From an uncultured virus (IMG/VR IMGVR_UViG_3300042542_003718) (taxonomy: Duplodnaviria > Heunggongvirae > Uroviricota > Caudoviricetes > Herelleviridae), in the IMG/VR virus record IMGVR_UViG_3300042542_003718: DNA of 20,000 bases. One strand, given 5' to 3'. The translations under genes were made by a program, and so were the position numbers. Every line of letters begins with the position of its first letter. The first letter of the stretch is position 1. Positions 1 to 9,774 of this stretch are shown here, piece after piece. Under the pieces are notes generated by a model. That model was not told the DNA's origin. It worked only from the letters and a program-made list of their open reading frames with translations, and did no database searches.

Positions 1-3
1 CAT

Positions 4-318
4 TTAAATACCTCGTTCCCATGCTGTCAATGTGGCTGTTACTTCGTCTAAATTGTCATTGAAGATTACTTTCACTTGCTCAAATAAAGGGGCATCTTTG
101 CCGGCGATCATCACTGTATCAAGTTCACTTGCTCCTAAGATATGAGACTTAAAGTCACTTTCACCACAGGGCAAAATGTAAACGTCAAAAGTGCCCCCGC
201 CAAGATTACTACATGAAACTTGAACATTTGAGGGATAGCGGGCAAAGTCTACACGTGAATTGCTGCGTGTAAAAGTTACTTGATTTATATCAGTTAACTT
301 CGTTGTTTGGTAAGTCAT
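4..318 (-). CDS. Hypothetical phage protein (104 aa), downstream of terL
   Basis: Open ORF with AAGGAG Shine-Dalgarno upstream of ATG 318; stop TAA abuts a further ATG at 3-1 (next gene leaves the window). Confidence 0.7.
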   Translation of the reverse strand: MTYQTTKLTDINQVTFTRSNSRVDFARYPSNVQVSCSNLGGGTFDVYILPCGESDFKSHILGASELDTVMIAGKDAPLFEQVKVIFNDNLDEVTATLTAWERGI

Positions 319-357
319 AATTGTTTCTCCTTCTTATTGATCATAGTATCTTGTTAT

Positions 358-2058
358 TTAGTTTTCATCATCAAAATCATCTTTGAAGTCCCAACTTGCT
401 AAAATTCTATGTAAATCTTTTGTGTCTTCTTCTCTTAGATCATTGACTGTTTGATCTAGATCATCCAGATACTCACGATCACCGAATGAGATGATATGTT
501 GAAATCTTTCTTCTCTTAGTACACAATGAGCAATCCATAAACTCATAACAGTATCATCATGTTTCTCTCTACCAAGCCCCCATAATTCTTGTATTAATGG
601 ATCACTTATTTCTTTATCAACACTTGTACGACTAGGAATGATCACTTTCCCATTTTCAAAGAGTACAGATAAAGATGTGACACCATCCCAAGGACTTGCC
701 TTTTTTGCCCCTGTGGTCAAGTGGGGGCGTAAAGGTAGATCGGAAGTTTGTTTGAGGCCTACATAATGCAATTCACCGAATGCGTTTCGTTCTACGGCGA
801 CCGCGTAAACTTTGCCCCTAAATCGTTCATATTCACGAACTACCGCGTTTCTAAGTTCGCTTGTACTCATGCCCCGCTTTCTAAACAAACCTAGTAAATA
901 ATGATCACCAGTTCGCCTATCTCTTGCCCAAGTAGTGCCAACAGTAAAATCGGAATCCTTTGTTTCCGCATGTTGTGCATTTTGTACAAGGGAAAAATCC
1001 CAACCTTGCACAATATCAAATTGATCTTGATTAACATGTTTAGGGACTTCATAAAAGCTTAGGTTTCGCCCTCTCTCTTGTGCCTGTTGTAGCCATTCCC
1101 ATTTAAACGCGGCGGCGGTATCATCTTGAACTTGATTTAAGAATTCCCTTGCGAACATTTGAGAACCAATGGTCATTCGTTCCTCCATCAACATTTCAAA
1201 AGGCCTGTGCTCCTTCCATAATACGATAGGTTCGCCTACTACCTTTACGCCTGTTATTCTTGATTTACCATTGATTTCTTTTGTTTCATATTCATAGTGT
1301 TCAGGCCATTTGAGAATAGCGGGGTCTTCTTGTACGGCCCACGTAGCATCTGTTTTCAAGTGTCCATATAAATCATCATGATGCTTCCTAGTACCAATTA
1401 CAATCATAAGGCCCCCAGGTTCTAACATTGGCTGAACAGTACCCCGAAACCATCTTCTAGTTTTCTCCCTACTTGTTTGCGAATAGACGGTATCATCATC
1501 CTCTAAGTCGTCCGCTAGGATAATATCAAAATGCGCCCCTGTGATTGCGCCGCCCGCCCCGATCGCTTGAATAGTAGGATCAACGCTATGATTTTTTCTT
1601 TTTACATAGATTTGTCTTTGTGTCCAGCTTTCGCCGCCCCCTTCAAATGGTAAACAGCCCGCATCTAGATCACTTGCCCAATCTTCTATAATTCGATCAC
1701 TCTTTAAAAGTTCTTTCACGCGGGACATACGGCGCTCCGCCTGTGGGGCGCTTGCACATATCCACAAGATACGCACATCCCTATTTAAACAAATTGCACG
1801 AAGGGCATATGTTACCGCTAGTTCAGTTTTACCATGAGAACGAGGGGCAAGTAATAGGATTCTATTTTTACGCCTCTCTTTGATTGCTTGATTGCGTTCA
1901 TCCTCTAATCTTTTAAGCCATTGTACGCGGTGCTTTGCATATTGCATACCACAATAATAAACATCAAAGAAAACCGGTGAATGTGCGGCTAATAATCTAC
2001 GTTCAGCCGGCGTACTTGGCAAAATCATTTTATTTGACAAACTTTGATTGTTTGGCAT
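358..2058 (-). CDS. terL: Terminase large subunit (ATPase plus RNase H-like nuclease)
   Basis: Walker A APRSHGKT, Walker B IILADDLED, coupling motif VIGTR, nuclease motifs GWDFS, DSDFT and HDDTVMS; 566 aa. Confidence 0.95.
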   Translation of the reverse strand: MPNNQSLSNKMILPSTPAERRLLAAHSPVFFDVYYCGMQYAKHRVQWLKRLEDERNQAIKERRKNRILLLAPRSHGKTELAVTYALRAICLNRDVRILWICASAPQAERRMSRVKELLKSDRIIEDWASDLDAGCLPFEGGGESWTQRQIYVKRKNHSVDPTIQAIGAGGAITGAHFDIILADDLEDDDTVYSQTSREKTRRWFRGTVQPMLEPGGLMIVIGTRKHHDDLYGHLKTDATWAVQEDPAILKWPEHYEYETKEINGKSRITGVKVVGEPIVLWKEHRPFEMLMEERMTIGSQMFAREFLNQVQDDTAAAFKWEWLQQAQERGRNLSFYEVPKHVNQDQFDIVQGWDFSLVQNAQHAETKDSDFTVGTTWARDRRTGDHYLLGLFRKRGMSTSELRNAVVREYERFRGKVYAVAVERNAFGELHYVGLKQTSDLPLRPHLTTGAKKASPWDGVTSLSVLFENGKVIIPSRTSVDKEISDPLIQELWGLGREKHDDTVMSLWIAHCVLREERFQHIISFGDREYLDDLDQTVNDLREEDTKDLHRILASWDFKDDFDDEN

Positions 2059-2096
2059 ACTAGATAAACCCTTTCAACCTCTATAAAGGCTTAAAA

Positions 2097-2573
2097 ATGC
2101 TTTGTTATATCATGATCTTATCACTTTTTACACATGATCAATCAATCGACTATTCAAAAAAACTAAGTAAAACTTTTCAAAATAGATTGAAAACGTGTAA
2201 GATGGTCGCCCAAGAAGCGAAGAATCAGGCTATTGATCCAGTCTTAGCAGTTTCAATCGCATTCAACGAATCTAAGTTTACACAAGACGCAATCGCTTTT
2301 GATGGCAAAGGTTTTGGACCTATGCAGGCAACCCCCCGCCTATGGTGTGAAAACAAGAAACTTGAGAATTGCGACTTGATCAAGGCCGGCGTAACAGCCC
2401 TTAGAACCTATTTAGAAATTCATGATGGCGATGAGTTTAAAGCGGTCAAGGCATATGCAGGCAAGGGCGAAAAGGCGCATAAGTACGCCCGCCGTATCCT
2501 TAGAATCAAGGCTAAAACAATCAACCTTTTAAAGGAAATTCAGGATGAAGATATCATTATCATTGAAAACTAA
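2097..2573 (+). CDS. Lytic transglycosylase (SLT/GH23-like) with hydrophobic N-terminus
   Basis: AVSIAFNESKF (catalytic ES), GFGPMQ (GLMQ-like), AVKAYAG (AYNAG-like), YARRI. Confidence 0.75.
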   Translation: MLCYIMILSLFTHDQSIDYSKKLSKTFQNRLKTCKMVAQEAKNQAIDPVLAVSIAFNESKFTQDAIAFDGKGFGPMQATPRLWCENKKLENCDLIKAGVTALRTYLEIHDGDEFKAVKAYAGKGEKAHKYARRILRIKAKTINLLKEIQDEDIIIIEN

Positions 2574-3657
2574 TATCAAAGCAATCAAAGAAATCATCGC
2601 CGTAGCAAAACGCAAGAAAACGCCTGAGTATTTGTCGTTTGTTCATGTTGATTGTGTTGTTGTTGGCGAAGCGCGATTTGTTCGCTTGTCCGCTACTGAT
2701 CTTGAAACTACGATTACTCATAAACTTGTTGATTGTGATTTTTTTGGTGATGCGTCTTTTAGTACATTGATTCATCATGATGCATTAGCCAAGTTATTAC
2801 CAACATACAAAACTATTGATATCATTGATGACAAGATCAAGGCCGGACAAGCTGAAATCACACATCAAATCCTTGATTCAAGAGACTATGCAGACATTTT
2901 AAACGATATTCAAGGGATCAAGGGGCAAGAGAGCGCCTACGCCCTTACTGATGATGATATTATTGAGCTTAGAACCGCTTTATCTACCGCCCTTATTGCA
3001 TCATCAAACGAAGAATCAAGAGTCCGCCTATGTAGTGTATACCTATCCACAAATGAAGAAGGTTTTCTAATCGCTACCGCTACCGATGGACACCGATTGA
3101 CAATCTACAAAACAGGCATCAAAACAAGTTTAAATGCGCTACTTCCAAAATGTCAAGTTCCTCTTCTTTGTGATGTGCTCAATGGTAACTTTGATGTAAA
3201 GATTTGGGCAACAAAGAGCATGCTATATGTATCAAGGGGGCAAGATTTCATTTTAGCCGTCCGCTTGATTGCTGAAGATTTCCCAGATACTTCTCGTATT
3301 ATTCCTAAGAACAATGAGTATTTGATTACATTCAACAGCGCTCATCTATTTAGTATCAAAGAAGCGTTGTTATTTGCACAGGATAAAGCGGGGGCGGGTA
3401 TCACTTTGAAACACCAAAAAGAAGGCAATAAATTATTTATTAGCCTCAAAGATGCAAATACTACAGGTTTGACATATGAGTCAAAAGATGAGGGGTTCTC
3501 AAACAGTGATTACTCTATTTGCTTTTCACCTAAGTATCTTTTAGACGCCCTACAAAATACGCCAACCATGCTAGCCGGTCCTAGTGAGTTTTCGCCTGTA
3601 CTTTGTATAGAAGAGACAGGCAAGATCATGAATATTTTGATGGCTAGACGTGGCTAA
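2545..3657 (+). CDS. dnaN: DNA polymerase III beta sliding clamp homolog (divergent); alternative in-frame TTG start at 2563
   Basis: LSATDLETTI, EESRVRLCSVYL, ATDGHRL, RLIAEDFPDTSRIIP, ICFSPKYLLDAL, C-terminal ILMAR; about 370 aa like DnaN. Confidence 0.88.
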   Translation: MKISLSLKTNIKAIKEIIAVAKRKKTPEYLSFVHVDCVVVGEARFVRLSATDLETTITHKLVDCDFFGDASFSTLIHHDALAKLLPTYKTIDIIDDKIKAGQAEITHQILDSRDYADILNDIQGIKGQESAYALTDDDIIELRTALSTALIASSNEESRVRLCSVYLSTNEEGFLIATATDGHRLTIYKTGIKTSLNALLPKCQVPLLCDVLNGNFDVKIWATKSMLYVSRGQDFILAVRLIAEDFPDTSRIIPKNNEYLITFNSAHLFSIKEALLFAQDKAGAGITLKHQKEGNKLFISLKDANTTGLTYESKDEGFSNSDYSICFSPKYLLDALQNTPTMLAGPSEFSPVLCIEETGKIMNILMARRG

Positions 3658-3681
3658 CATTTAAAAAAGTTATTATGTACA

Positions 3682-4434
3682 ATGAAAACTAATCAAATTT
3701 ATCATGGCGATTGTCTTGATTTGCTACCGAATATTCCTAGTAAATCTGTTGATATGATCTTGTGCGATTTGCCTTATGGAACTACGGCCTGTGAATGGGA
3801 TTCTATTATCGACATGGGGCAACTTTGGCAACAATATGAACGAGTTATCAAGGATAATGGGGCAATTGTGTTGACGGCATGCAATGAATTTACATTCTTA
3901 TTATACAACAGCAATCCTAAGCTTTTTAGATATAGATGGATTTGGGAAAAGAACCTATCAACTAATTTTCTTCATGCAAAGAAACAGCCCATGAGGAATT
4001 TTGAAGATGTTTTGATCTTTTATAAGAAGCAACCTACTTATCATCCTATTAGCTTTAAATTTGGGAAAGAAGGGAAGAGAAAGGCACGTAATAGAGAGTG
4101 TGAGCAATGGAATTTAAAAAGAACGGATAGTGTGGTACATGTAAATCGTTTACCTACAAGCATTTTATCTTTTGATTGCGAATCACGAATTAATTCAATC
4201 CACCCAACACAAAAACCGGTAGCCCTGTTTGAGTACCTAATCAAAACCTATACCAATGAAGGCGAAGTAGTCTTAGATAATTGTTCAGGTTCAGGGACTA
4301 CAGCGATTGCGTGTTTAAATAGTAACAGGCGGTTCATTTGCATAGAAAAAGATGAAACCTACTACAAGAAATCACTTGAACGCATAGCGAACCATGAACC
4401 TCTTTTACATTTACAAAATATCAATGAAAACTAA
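3682..4434 (+). CDS. DNA amino-methyltransferase (N6A/N4C, beta class), paralog 1, short form
   Basis: N-terminal catalytic DLPY, HPTQKP, SAM-binding motif VLDNCSGSGTT, ICIEK. Confidence 0.93.
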   Translation: MKTNQIYHGDCLDLLPNIPSKSVDMILCDLPYGTTACEWDSIIDMGQLWQQYERVIKDNGAIVLTACNEFTFLLYNSNPKLFRYRWIWEKNLSTNFLHAKKQPMRNFEDVLIFYKKQPTYHPISFKFGKEGKRKARNRECEQWNLKRTDSVVHVNRLPTSILSFDCESRINSIHPTQKPVALFEYLIKTYTNEGEVVLDNCSGSGTTAIACLNSNRRFICIEKDETYYKKSLERIANHEPLLHLQNINEN

Positions 4435-4496
4435 GAAAGAAAAATAAAAAGTTCTTTGTTTACTATGTGATCCATTTTAAAAGAAAGTGAGTTACT

Positions 4497-4889
4497 ATGG
4501 ATGATTTACAAAGAACACTGATGATTGAAGAGATGATGGAGCGGGGCGAAGTTTACGAAGGTTATCGGGAAAATCAAAAGTTCATACTTGAGCATAAACG
4601 ATTTTACAACAAATGCACAAAAGAACGCTTTCTAAGTGAATTTTCTTACGATTTATCTTGGGGCGAAATCGCTTTAAAACTTGGAATTAGTAAATATTCC
4701 GCCCGCGAACTTGGGATTTATTATGGTATCCATAAGAAACAAAAGAACAAGAATAGAACTGTGACAGATGCACAACTTATAGAAGCATTCAAAGAGTATC
4801 CACGTAAAGCAATCAAAGAGATCAAGGATGATTTGAAATTAAGCTTCTCTACTGTTTGGCGAAGAGCAAAAGAACTGGGCTTACTATGA
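4497..4889 (+). CDS. Putative DNA-binding protein with two HTH-like segments
   Basis: LSWGEIALKLGISKYSARELG and AIKEIKDDLKLSFSTVWRRAKELGL resemble HTH motifs. Confidence 0.55.
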   Translation: MDDLQRTLMIEEMMERGEVYEGYRENQKFILEHKRFYNKCTKERFLSEFSYDLSWGEIALKLGISKYSARELGIYYGIHKKQKNKNRTVTDAQLIEAFKEYPRKAIKEIKDDLKLSFSTVWRRAKELGLL

Positions 4890-4941
4890 TCAATGATATA
4901 GAGAAACTAAGCGCCTTATTATATAGGAAATTAGCTACTTT

Positions 4942-7128
4942 TTAAATGATACAAGCGCCGCCCGCACATGCTAGCTCTTGGGCCTGTGTTGTCTCATCTG
5001 TGCCCTCTAAAACGCTATCAAAGTCAACTGCATTGCTTGATCTAAGAGATACCCATAATTCGAATGCGTCCGCTCGTTCTTGCTTGCGATTGAGCGCAAA
5101 GCTCAAGGCGCTTTTATATCTATCTTCATCTTTATGTTCTAAGTATTCGTGTTCAATCTGTTCAACCTCATTAAAGTACATGTTTTGATTTTCTATGTGA
5201 TCATATACCGCTTTGAATGGGGGTTGTTGGTAGTCATAATCACCGCTCATGCTTAGGAATGATACACCACAAAAATACTCTTGATTATCAAAGACAAATT
5301 CGCCCGCCTGTTCCCATTCGTTAGGGCGTACGTTGCAAGTATTTGATACATTATGATCAGAACCTTCAAGGGATTTAGGGCGTGCGTTGCCATTCTTTAC
5401 CCATGAATTATAGACCATCTTAACAAGTGATAAGAATTCTGTTGCTTTGAGATCGTTTTTAAACACATTTTCGGGGTTGCATTCTACAGCGAAGATCAAA
5501 CATTTATCAGTTCCATTCGCCGCCCATACACTGTTTTTCACCGCTTGGGGGTTAAGTTCCTCAAACTTTTGAACAAGTGCGGAATCGGCGGGAACTTGTA
5601 CATGTCTTAGAAACCGGCGGGCGTGTTCGGGGTGAATGCCAGATGCACAGCCCAAAATTACGGAAGCGGTCCCGCTAGGTTTTACACATGTAATTCTCGC
5701 CGCCGGTTTGATACCTATTTTCTTTGAAAATTGCTTATTGATTACGATTGCAAATTCAGCAAGCGACTTGAGCAAAAATGATGCCCGATCTTCTTCATGC
5801 TTGAAAAAGAAAGCGGAATTGGCTAGACCGGTCAACGATACCCCTAACAATGCTTCACGCTCTACAATTTGCTCACTTACAGGGCCTAAGTAGTCTGATT
5901 TAGTATAACTTGCCTGCAATGTGCCAAGTTTTACAGCGTTCTTCACCGCTACATAGAACGCATCAATTGAGTCGATAGAGAAATCTTTAAACTTAGATGC
6001 GTTAACCTCTGTCAAATTGCATGCTTGCCAACCGCTTTGAAATGTATAGCCTTGATCTTCATATTTAGATCTATGTTCGGGGTTGATCAAGTCTAATGTG
6101 TACTCTTCCACAATTTGCCCTTCTTTGTCCTTGATGAGCATAGGACACATAGAAATTTCGACGCATGGATTGAAACAGAACTCTGTTGACTCGGTAAACA
6201 CGAATCCAGGTTCGCCCCATTGTGGCACATTGTCTAGGAATTTCTTCATGAAATCTTGTTTGTCAAGTTTATTTTTCAAGGCTACCGCTGAAATATTGGC
6301 CCTTGCTCTATATGGTGCATCTTTCCACCAATTCCCAGTTTTAGCGGTCCACATGTCCGAATCATCCATGCTGAAAATTGCAATGGTTGCACTTCTACGC
6401 ACGCCACCAGATAACACGCAATCAGACGCAACGCACACGATATCAAGGCAATCAATACTACGTAGATTCATCCCCGCCCTTGATACAAGTATCTTTTCAA
6501 TCATTTGTAAACTGAATTTGAGAGGCACAGGCCCAGGCGCTTTACCACCATGAGACAAAGGGGAGCCCTTCTTTCTAATCAGTGAATAATTGAAGATGGG
6601 CATGGTATCAGATTGACCAAGATAGAACTGAATAAGGGCATCAAGCGCATCAGCCCAGCCCTCAATCGTATCTTTGATCATGACTACCTTCATTTGTGCA
6701 TTGTTAATTTGATCAGATGAGATCACAGGGGGCAACTTTGAAACGTGGTGCTTTTGTACAGAATAACCCACGCCACAGCCACACAGAAGAAGCCATAGGG
6801 ATTCAGCAAAGAAGCGGGGGCGGTCACAAAACGAAGTTGTACAATTAAAAATGCGCCAAGGCTTATCAAGTATCGCCTTGCCTCCGAATTGCAATGATCT
6901 TTGAGAACCTAGAATATCTTTACGCTTTAGTGAATCTTCGATCTCGTTCAAATCCTCAAAGATTTCAATGTTATCAATGAACTTTGAGGCGTGCATATTC
7001 ATAAGCCTATCTACAGACTCGCCCCAGTTCTCACGCCGTCTCTTAGATGGTAGATACTTTGCGTAGGTTTGTTTAAATGTGAAATTGGCTAGGTTGCTGC
7101 GTTGAATATCCATGTTTATTTTCTCCAT
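4942..7128 (-). CDS. nrdJ: Class II (adenosylcobalamin-dependent, monomeric RTPR-type) ribonucleotide reductase
   Basis: SQRSLQFGG, IFNC, LLCGCGVGYSV, LSGGVRRSA, GEPGF, NPCVEI, GWQACNLTEVN, TCVKPSGTAS, C-terminal CAGGAC redox pair; no adjacent beta subunit. Confidence 0.92.
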   Translation of the reverse strand: MEKINMDIQRSNLANFTFKQTYAKYLPSKRRRENWGESVDRLMNMHASKFIDNIEIFEDLNEIEDSLKRKDILGSQRSLQFGGKAILDKPWRIFNCTTSFCDRPRFFAESLWLLLCGCGVGYSVQKHHVSKLPPVISSDQINNAQMKVVMIKDTIEGWADALDALIQFYLGQSDTMPIFNYSLIRKKGSPLSHGGKAPGPVPLKFSLQMIEKILVSRAGMNLRSIDCLDIVCVASDCVLSGGVRRSATIAIFSMDDSDMWTAKTGNWWKDAPYRARANISAVALKNKLDKQDFMKKFLDNVPQWGEPGFVFTESTEFCFNPCVEISMCPMLIKDKEGQIVEEYTLDLINPEHRSKYEDQGYTFQSGWQACNLTEVNASKFKDFSIDSIDAFYVAVKNAVKLGTLQASYTKSDYLGPVSEQIVEREALLGVSLTGLANSAFFFKHEEDRASFLLKSLAEFAIVINKQFSKKIGIKPAARITCVKPSGTASVILGCASGIHPEHARRFLRHVQVPADSALVQKFEELNPQAVKNSVWAANGTDKCLIFAVECNPENVFKNDLKATEFLSLVKMVYNSWVKNGNARPKSLEGSDHNVSNTCNVRPNEWEQAGEFVFDNQEYFCGVSFLSMSGDYDYQQPPFKAVYDHIENQNMYFNEVEQIEHEYLEHKDEDRYKSALSFALNRKQERADAFELWVSLRSSNAVDFDSVLEGTDETTQAQELACAGGACII

Positions 7129-7152
7129 GGTTTACAGTGATGAAAGTTCTTA

Positions 7153-7181
7153 AGTATAATTCTTTAAATGCCAGTAAACAA
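7153..7181 (-). promoter_or_regulatory. Putative sigma70-like promoter for nrdJ
   Basis: Minus strand TTGTTT-N17-TATACT, ending 24 nt upstream of the nrdJ ATG. Confidence 0.4.
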
Positions 7182-7190
7182 TTTTATTTT

Positions 7191-7637
7191 TTATCTTGTG
7201 TACTCAATCTCAATGAGTTCTTGAATTTCCTGATTTACTTCTTTTACTTCTGTTTCAATGGTCAATTGAATCTCTTTCATTTCTTTTGCGCCCTTGCCTA
7301 CATAGAAAAACACAAGAGAAAGAGACAACGCAAACAAAGTAAATTCGCTAAATGTAAGTAGTGAGACAATATCAACAAATAACAGGGGCAACAAACAGGC
7401 AATTAGAAAACAAGTAAAGATCGTAATTGCTTCTTTTCGTTGTCTATAAAGTTCTTTTTGAACAAGTAACAATTTTTGAAGGGTTAAGCGGTAAACCATA
7501 AGGTTCATTAAGTCAACGCCCGCTTGTTTCAAGTCAATTTGTTCGGGGTTGGGATTGATTTCGTTGTCTTGGTCGATCATCGTTTTTTGTGTCCTTTTTG
7601 TGAGTTTCTTTGATCCATTGTTGAACAATCCAGGCAT
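7191..7637 (-). CDS. Hypothetical membrane protein (two TM segments, C-terminal coiled coil)
   Basis: Hydrophobic stretches AITIFTCFLIACLLPLLFV and FTLFALSLSLVFFYV; start abuts the upstream stop. Confidence 0.65.
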   Translation of the reverse strand: MPGLFNNGSKKLTKRTQKTMIDQDNEINPNPEQIDLKQAGVDLMNLMVYRLTLQKLLLVQKELYRQRKEAITIFTCFLIACLLPLLFVDIVSLLTFSEFTLFALSLSLVFFYVGKGAKEMKEIQLTIETEVKEVNQEIQELIEIEYTR

Positions 7638-7931
7638 TCATTTTTGTTCATCCATATTCAAAATAAATTGATTATTGATACCGGTAACAGTGAAATTTGC
7701 ATCACTGTTGGCGGGGTGAATTTTTACTAGAAACTTGCCACTAACGACCGGATGAAAATCAATTTCCCAGTTATCAAACACGCGGTAAATGTTTTTATCT
7801 GTCACCTCTGCAATCATTGAAGCTGCTTCTATCAAAGAATACATAGATGAAAACTTAGTAGGGATTCCCATTTCTTTTTCATGGTCACATTTGATTATAA
7901 AGTCTATTTCAAACTTTTCGGGCGTTCTCAT
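7638..7931 (-). CDS. Hypothetical protein (97 aa)
   Basis: Overlaps the thyX end and abuts the next gene; fits the minus-strand operon. Confidence 0.65.
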   Translation of the reverse strand: MRTPEKFEIDFIIKCDHEKEMGIPTKFSSMYSLIEAASMIAEVTDKNIYRVFDNWEIDFHPVVSGKFLVKIHPANSDANFTVTGINNQFILNMDEQK

Positions 7932-8637
7932 AGGTTCTCCATAGTTCAGATTTCATTTGTTCTAGTTCTTTTTTAACGTAGATTGATTTGTCTAGTAGCT
8001 TCATAGATTCAGGGAATAGGCACGCCGTAATCTGTTTCACAGCGCTTGCAAACTCTCTAATTTCTTCTTGTGCGTGTTCATCAATGCGTAGCGTTAAAAA
8101 GTGCATAATCGCCTGTAAATCAGCCTTCCAGATACAAGAAGAGTACATACCTACGGGCAATTGTACGCGTGCTTGTTCCCTGCATATACCTTGTTCAAGC
8201 ATCCACTTATAATTATCATAGCATGTTTTATAGGTTTCTTCTAGTCTTGCGAATGCCTCTAGTTCAACATTGTTTTCAATTTGCCCGTAACTTGATTGCT
8301 TGCTTGTTGGGTGCTGCTTTCTCCATAGTACAGGCTTAAAGAACTCTTCTTTGATTTCTACATATCGCCCGCTTACCTCATTCCACGAACAGCCGATAAC
8401 GTGCTTCATCCATTGCCTAAGAACAAAAATAGGCGCTTTGACTCTAAATTTAATCGTTGCCATTCTAAAGGGTGATGTATGCTCATGCTCCCATAGGTAG
8501 TTCATCAGTTTTGCATCTTTATCAGTGAAATCTTGAGTTTGTGCGCCAAAAGACACGCGGGCCGCGTTTACGATTGAACAATCATCGCCGAATACATCGA
8601 CCAGTTCAACGAATCCTTCATATACATTGATTTTCAT
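7909..8637 (-). CDS. thyX: FAD-dependent thymidylate synthase
   Basis: IVNAARVSF, HEHTSPF, APIFVLRQWMKH, SWNEVSGRY, REQARVQLP, FLTLR..HAQEEIR. Confidence 0.95.
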   Translation of the reverse strand: MKINVYEGFVELVDVFGDDCSIVNAARVSFGAQTQDFTDKDAKLMNYLWEHEHTSPFRMATIKFRVKAPIFVLRQWMKHVIGCSWNEVSGRYVEIKEEFFKPVLWRKQHPTSKQSSYGQIENNVELEAFARLEETYKTCYDNYKWMLEQGICREQARVQLPVGMYSSCIWKADLQAIMHFLTLRIDEHAQEEIREFASAVKQITACLFPESMKLLDKSIYVKKELEQMKSELWRTYENARKV

Positions 8638-8669
8638 TTTTCTTGTCCCTGTTTGCTAGTTTCAAGATA

Positions 8670-9203
8670 CTATTCTATTTTGTTCAAATATAATTCGTTT
8701 ATTTTAGATACTAAATCGGGCAAGTCTGTATTAGGTACTAAGTCTACTTTGTAGGGTTGTAAATCCTTAGTGTTCAGGGACTTTTTAGACTCATGCGCAA
8801 AGTTTCTAAAGGGAATAAGAAACCATTGATCATCTGTATCTTTGGGCGTGAGACAAACAAGGATACAGGCAATAAAGCCCCACCGGTCAAGAAGTCTAAG
8901 TTCGTCAATCTGTTTTTCATTGATTGCGTCTAGTGTGATCATTGTACTTGATCTGTACTTTAGTTCAAAGAGTCCGCTTTTACCATTGCTTAAAAAGATT
9001 TCAAAGTCTGCGCCCGCTGCTCCAGTGTTCACCGCTAAAAACCTATGATTACTTAAGTTCTTTGATACTCTTACATATGGTTCAAATCTCTTTTTGATTA
9101 GTGCGCTATCAGTGCTTAGATAGTACGTATTCAAGCGGTCAATAAGGCGTTCATAGTAATCGCCCGCCCGCTTCGATTTCAAGCCCCGTCGTATATTGTC
9201 CAT
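8670..9203 (-). CDS. recU: RecU-like Holliday junction resolvase (PD-(D/E)XK fold)
   Basis: GDYYERLIDRLNTYY, ALIKKRFEP, ADFE..LFELK, KQIDEL..GFIACILV follow the RecU layout. Confidence 0.7.
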   Translation of the reverse strand: MDNIRRGLKSKRAGDYYERLIDRLNTYYLSTDSALIKKRFEPYVRVSKNLSNHRFLAVNTGAAGADFEIFLSNGKSGLFELKYRSSTMITLDAINEKQIDELRLLDRWGFIACILVCLTPKDTDDQWFLIPFRNFAHESKKSLNTKDLQPYKVDLVPNTDLPDLVSKINELYLNKIE

Positions 9204-9253
9204 TTCGTTCTATGCTCCTATGTGTAAAAGAGCATCATAACAGTTTAACCCGA

Positions 9254-9448
9254 TTAAAGCATATTAAAAAAATATTGTACAATTAAACACCAACCGACAA
9301 CGACAACAGGGATCAAGATCACTCCTAAGATACTAAGAACACAGGTAGCCACGAACGAAAAAACTTCATTTAAAAATGTATTCTTTGTTGTCTTTGTCTC
9401 TTCTTTTTGCACGATTGGGAATAGTCCGCATGGTTCAGGTTTTCTCAT
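9254..9448 (-). CDS. Small membrane protein (64 aa)
   Basis: Long hydrophobic C-terminal segment; ATGA overlap with upstream ORF. Confidence 0.6.
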   Translation of the reverse strand: MRKPEPCGLFPIVQKEETKTTKNTFLNEVFSFVATCVLSILGVILIPVVVVGWCLIVQYFFNML

Positions 9449-9774
9449 TTGCTACGTACACTTTCTCTTGATTCAAGTTCATTGATTTCTTGTTTGATAA
9501 ATTCGAGTTTAGAGGCCAACAATGATTCAAATGTATCTTTTTCGCTTAGGTTAAAGCGTAGGTACTTTGTTGTAAAGTGACGGCCAAGGGATACGTGAAT
9601 AAATCTGTAATCATTGAATACGTTGAGTACAATGACTACATCTACTTCACCGATACACGCACTCAATAGAACTTCATGCAATTCTTCTTTGTTGTCTAGT
9701 TCTAAGCGGCGTTCTGTTACTTCCCAAGCGAGGCCGGATGGTTCAAGGCCGGCATTTAGTAAATTGGCGATCAT
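9445..9774 (-). CDS. Hypothetical early-region protein, paralog of 9796-10080
   Basis: GGAG SD; MIA..LLNAGL start and RFIHVSL motif shared with neighbour. Confidence 0.75.
   Translation of the reverse strand: MIANLLNAGLEPSGLAWEVTERRLELDNKEELHEVLLSACIGEVDVVIVLNVFNDYRFIHVSLGRHFTTKYLRFNLSEKDTFESLLASKLEFIKQEINELESRESVRSK

Noticed and set aside
4946..6553. Plus-strand ORFs within nrdJ (4946, 5636, 6083) and other antisense or alternate-frame ORFs inside dnaN, thyX, recU, MTases and portal
   Set aside because: Shadow frames of well-supported genes, without recognisable motifs
358..7128. Inteins or self-splicing introns in terL and nrdJ
   Set aside because: Both frames are continuous, of normal length, and lack intein or homing-endonuclease motifs
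8670..9203. Restriction endonuclease partner for the MTases
   Set aside because: Motif layout fits RecU-type resolvase and it is not adjacent to any MTase
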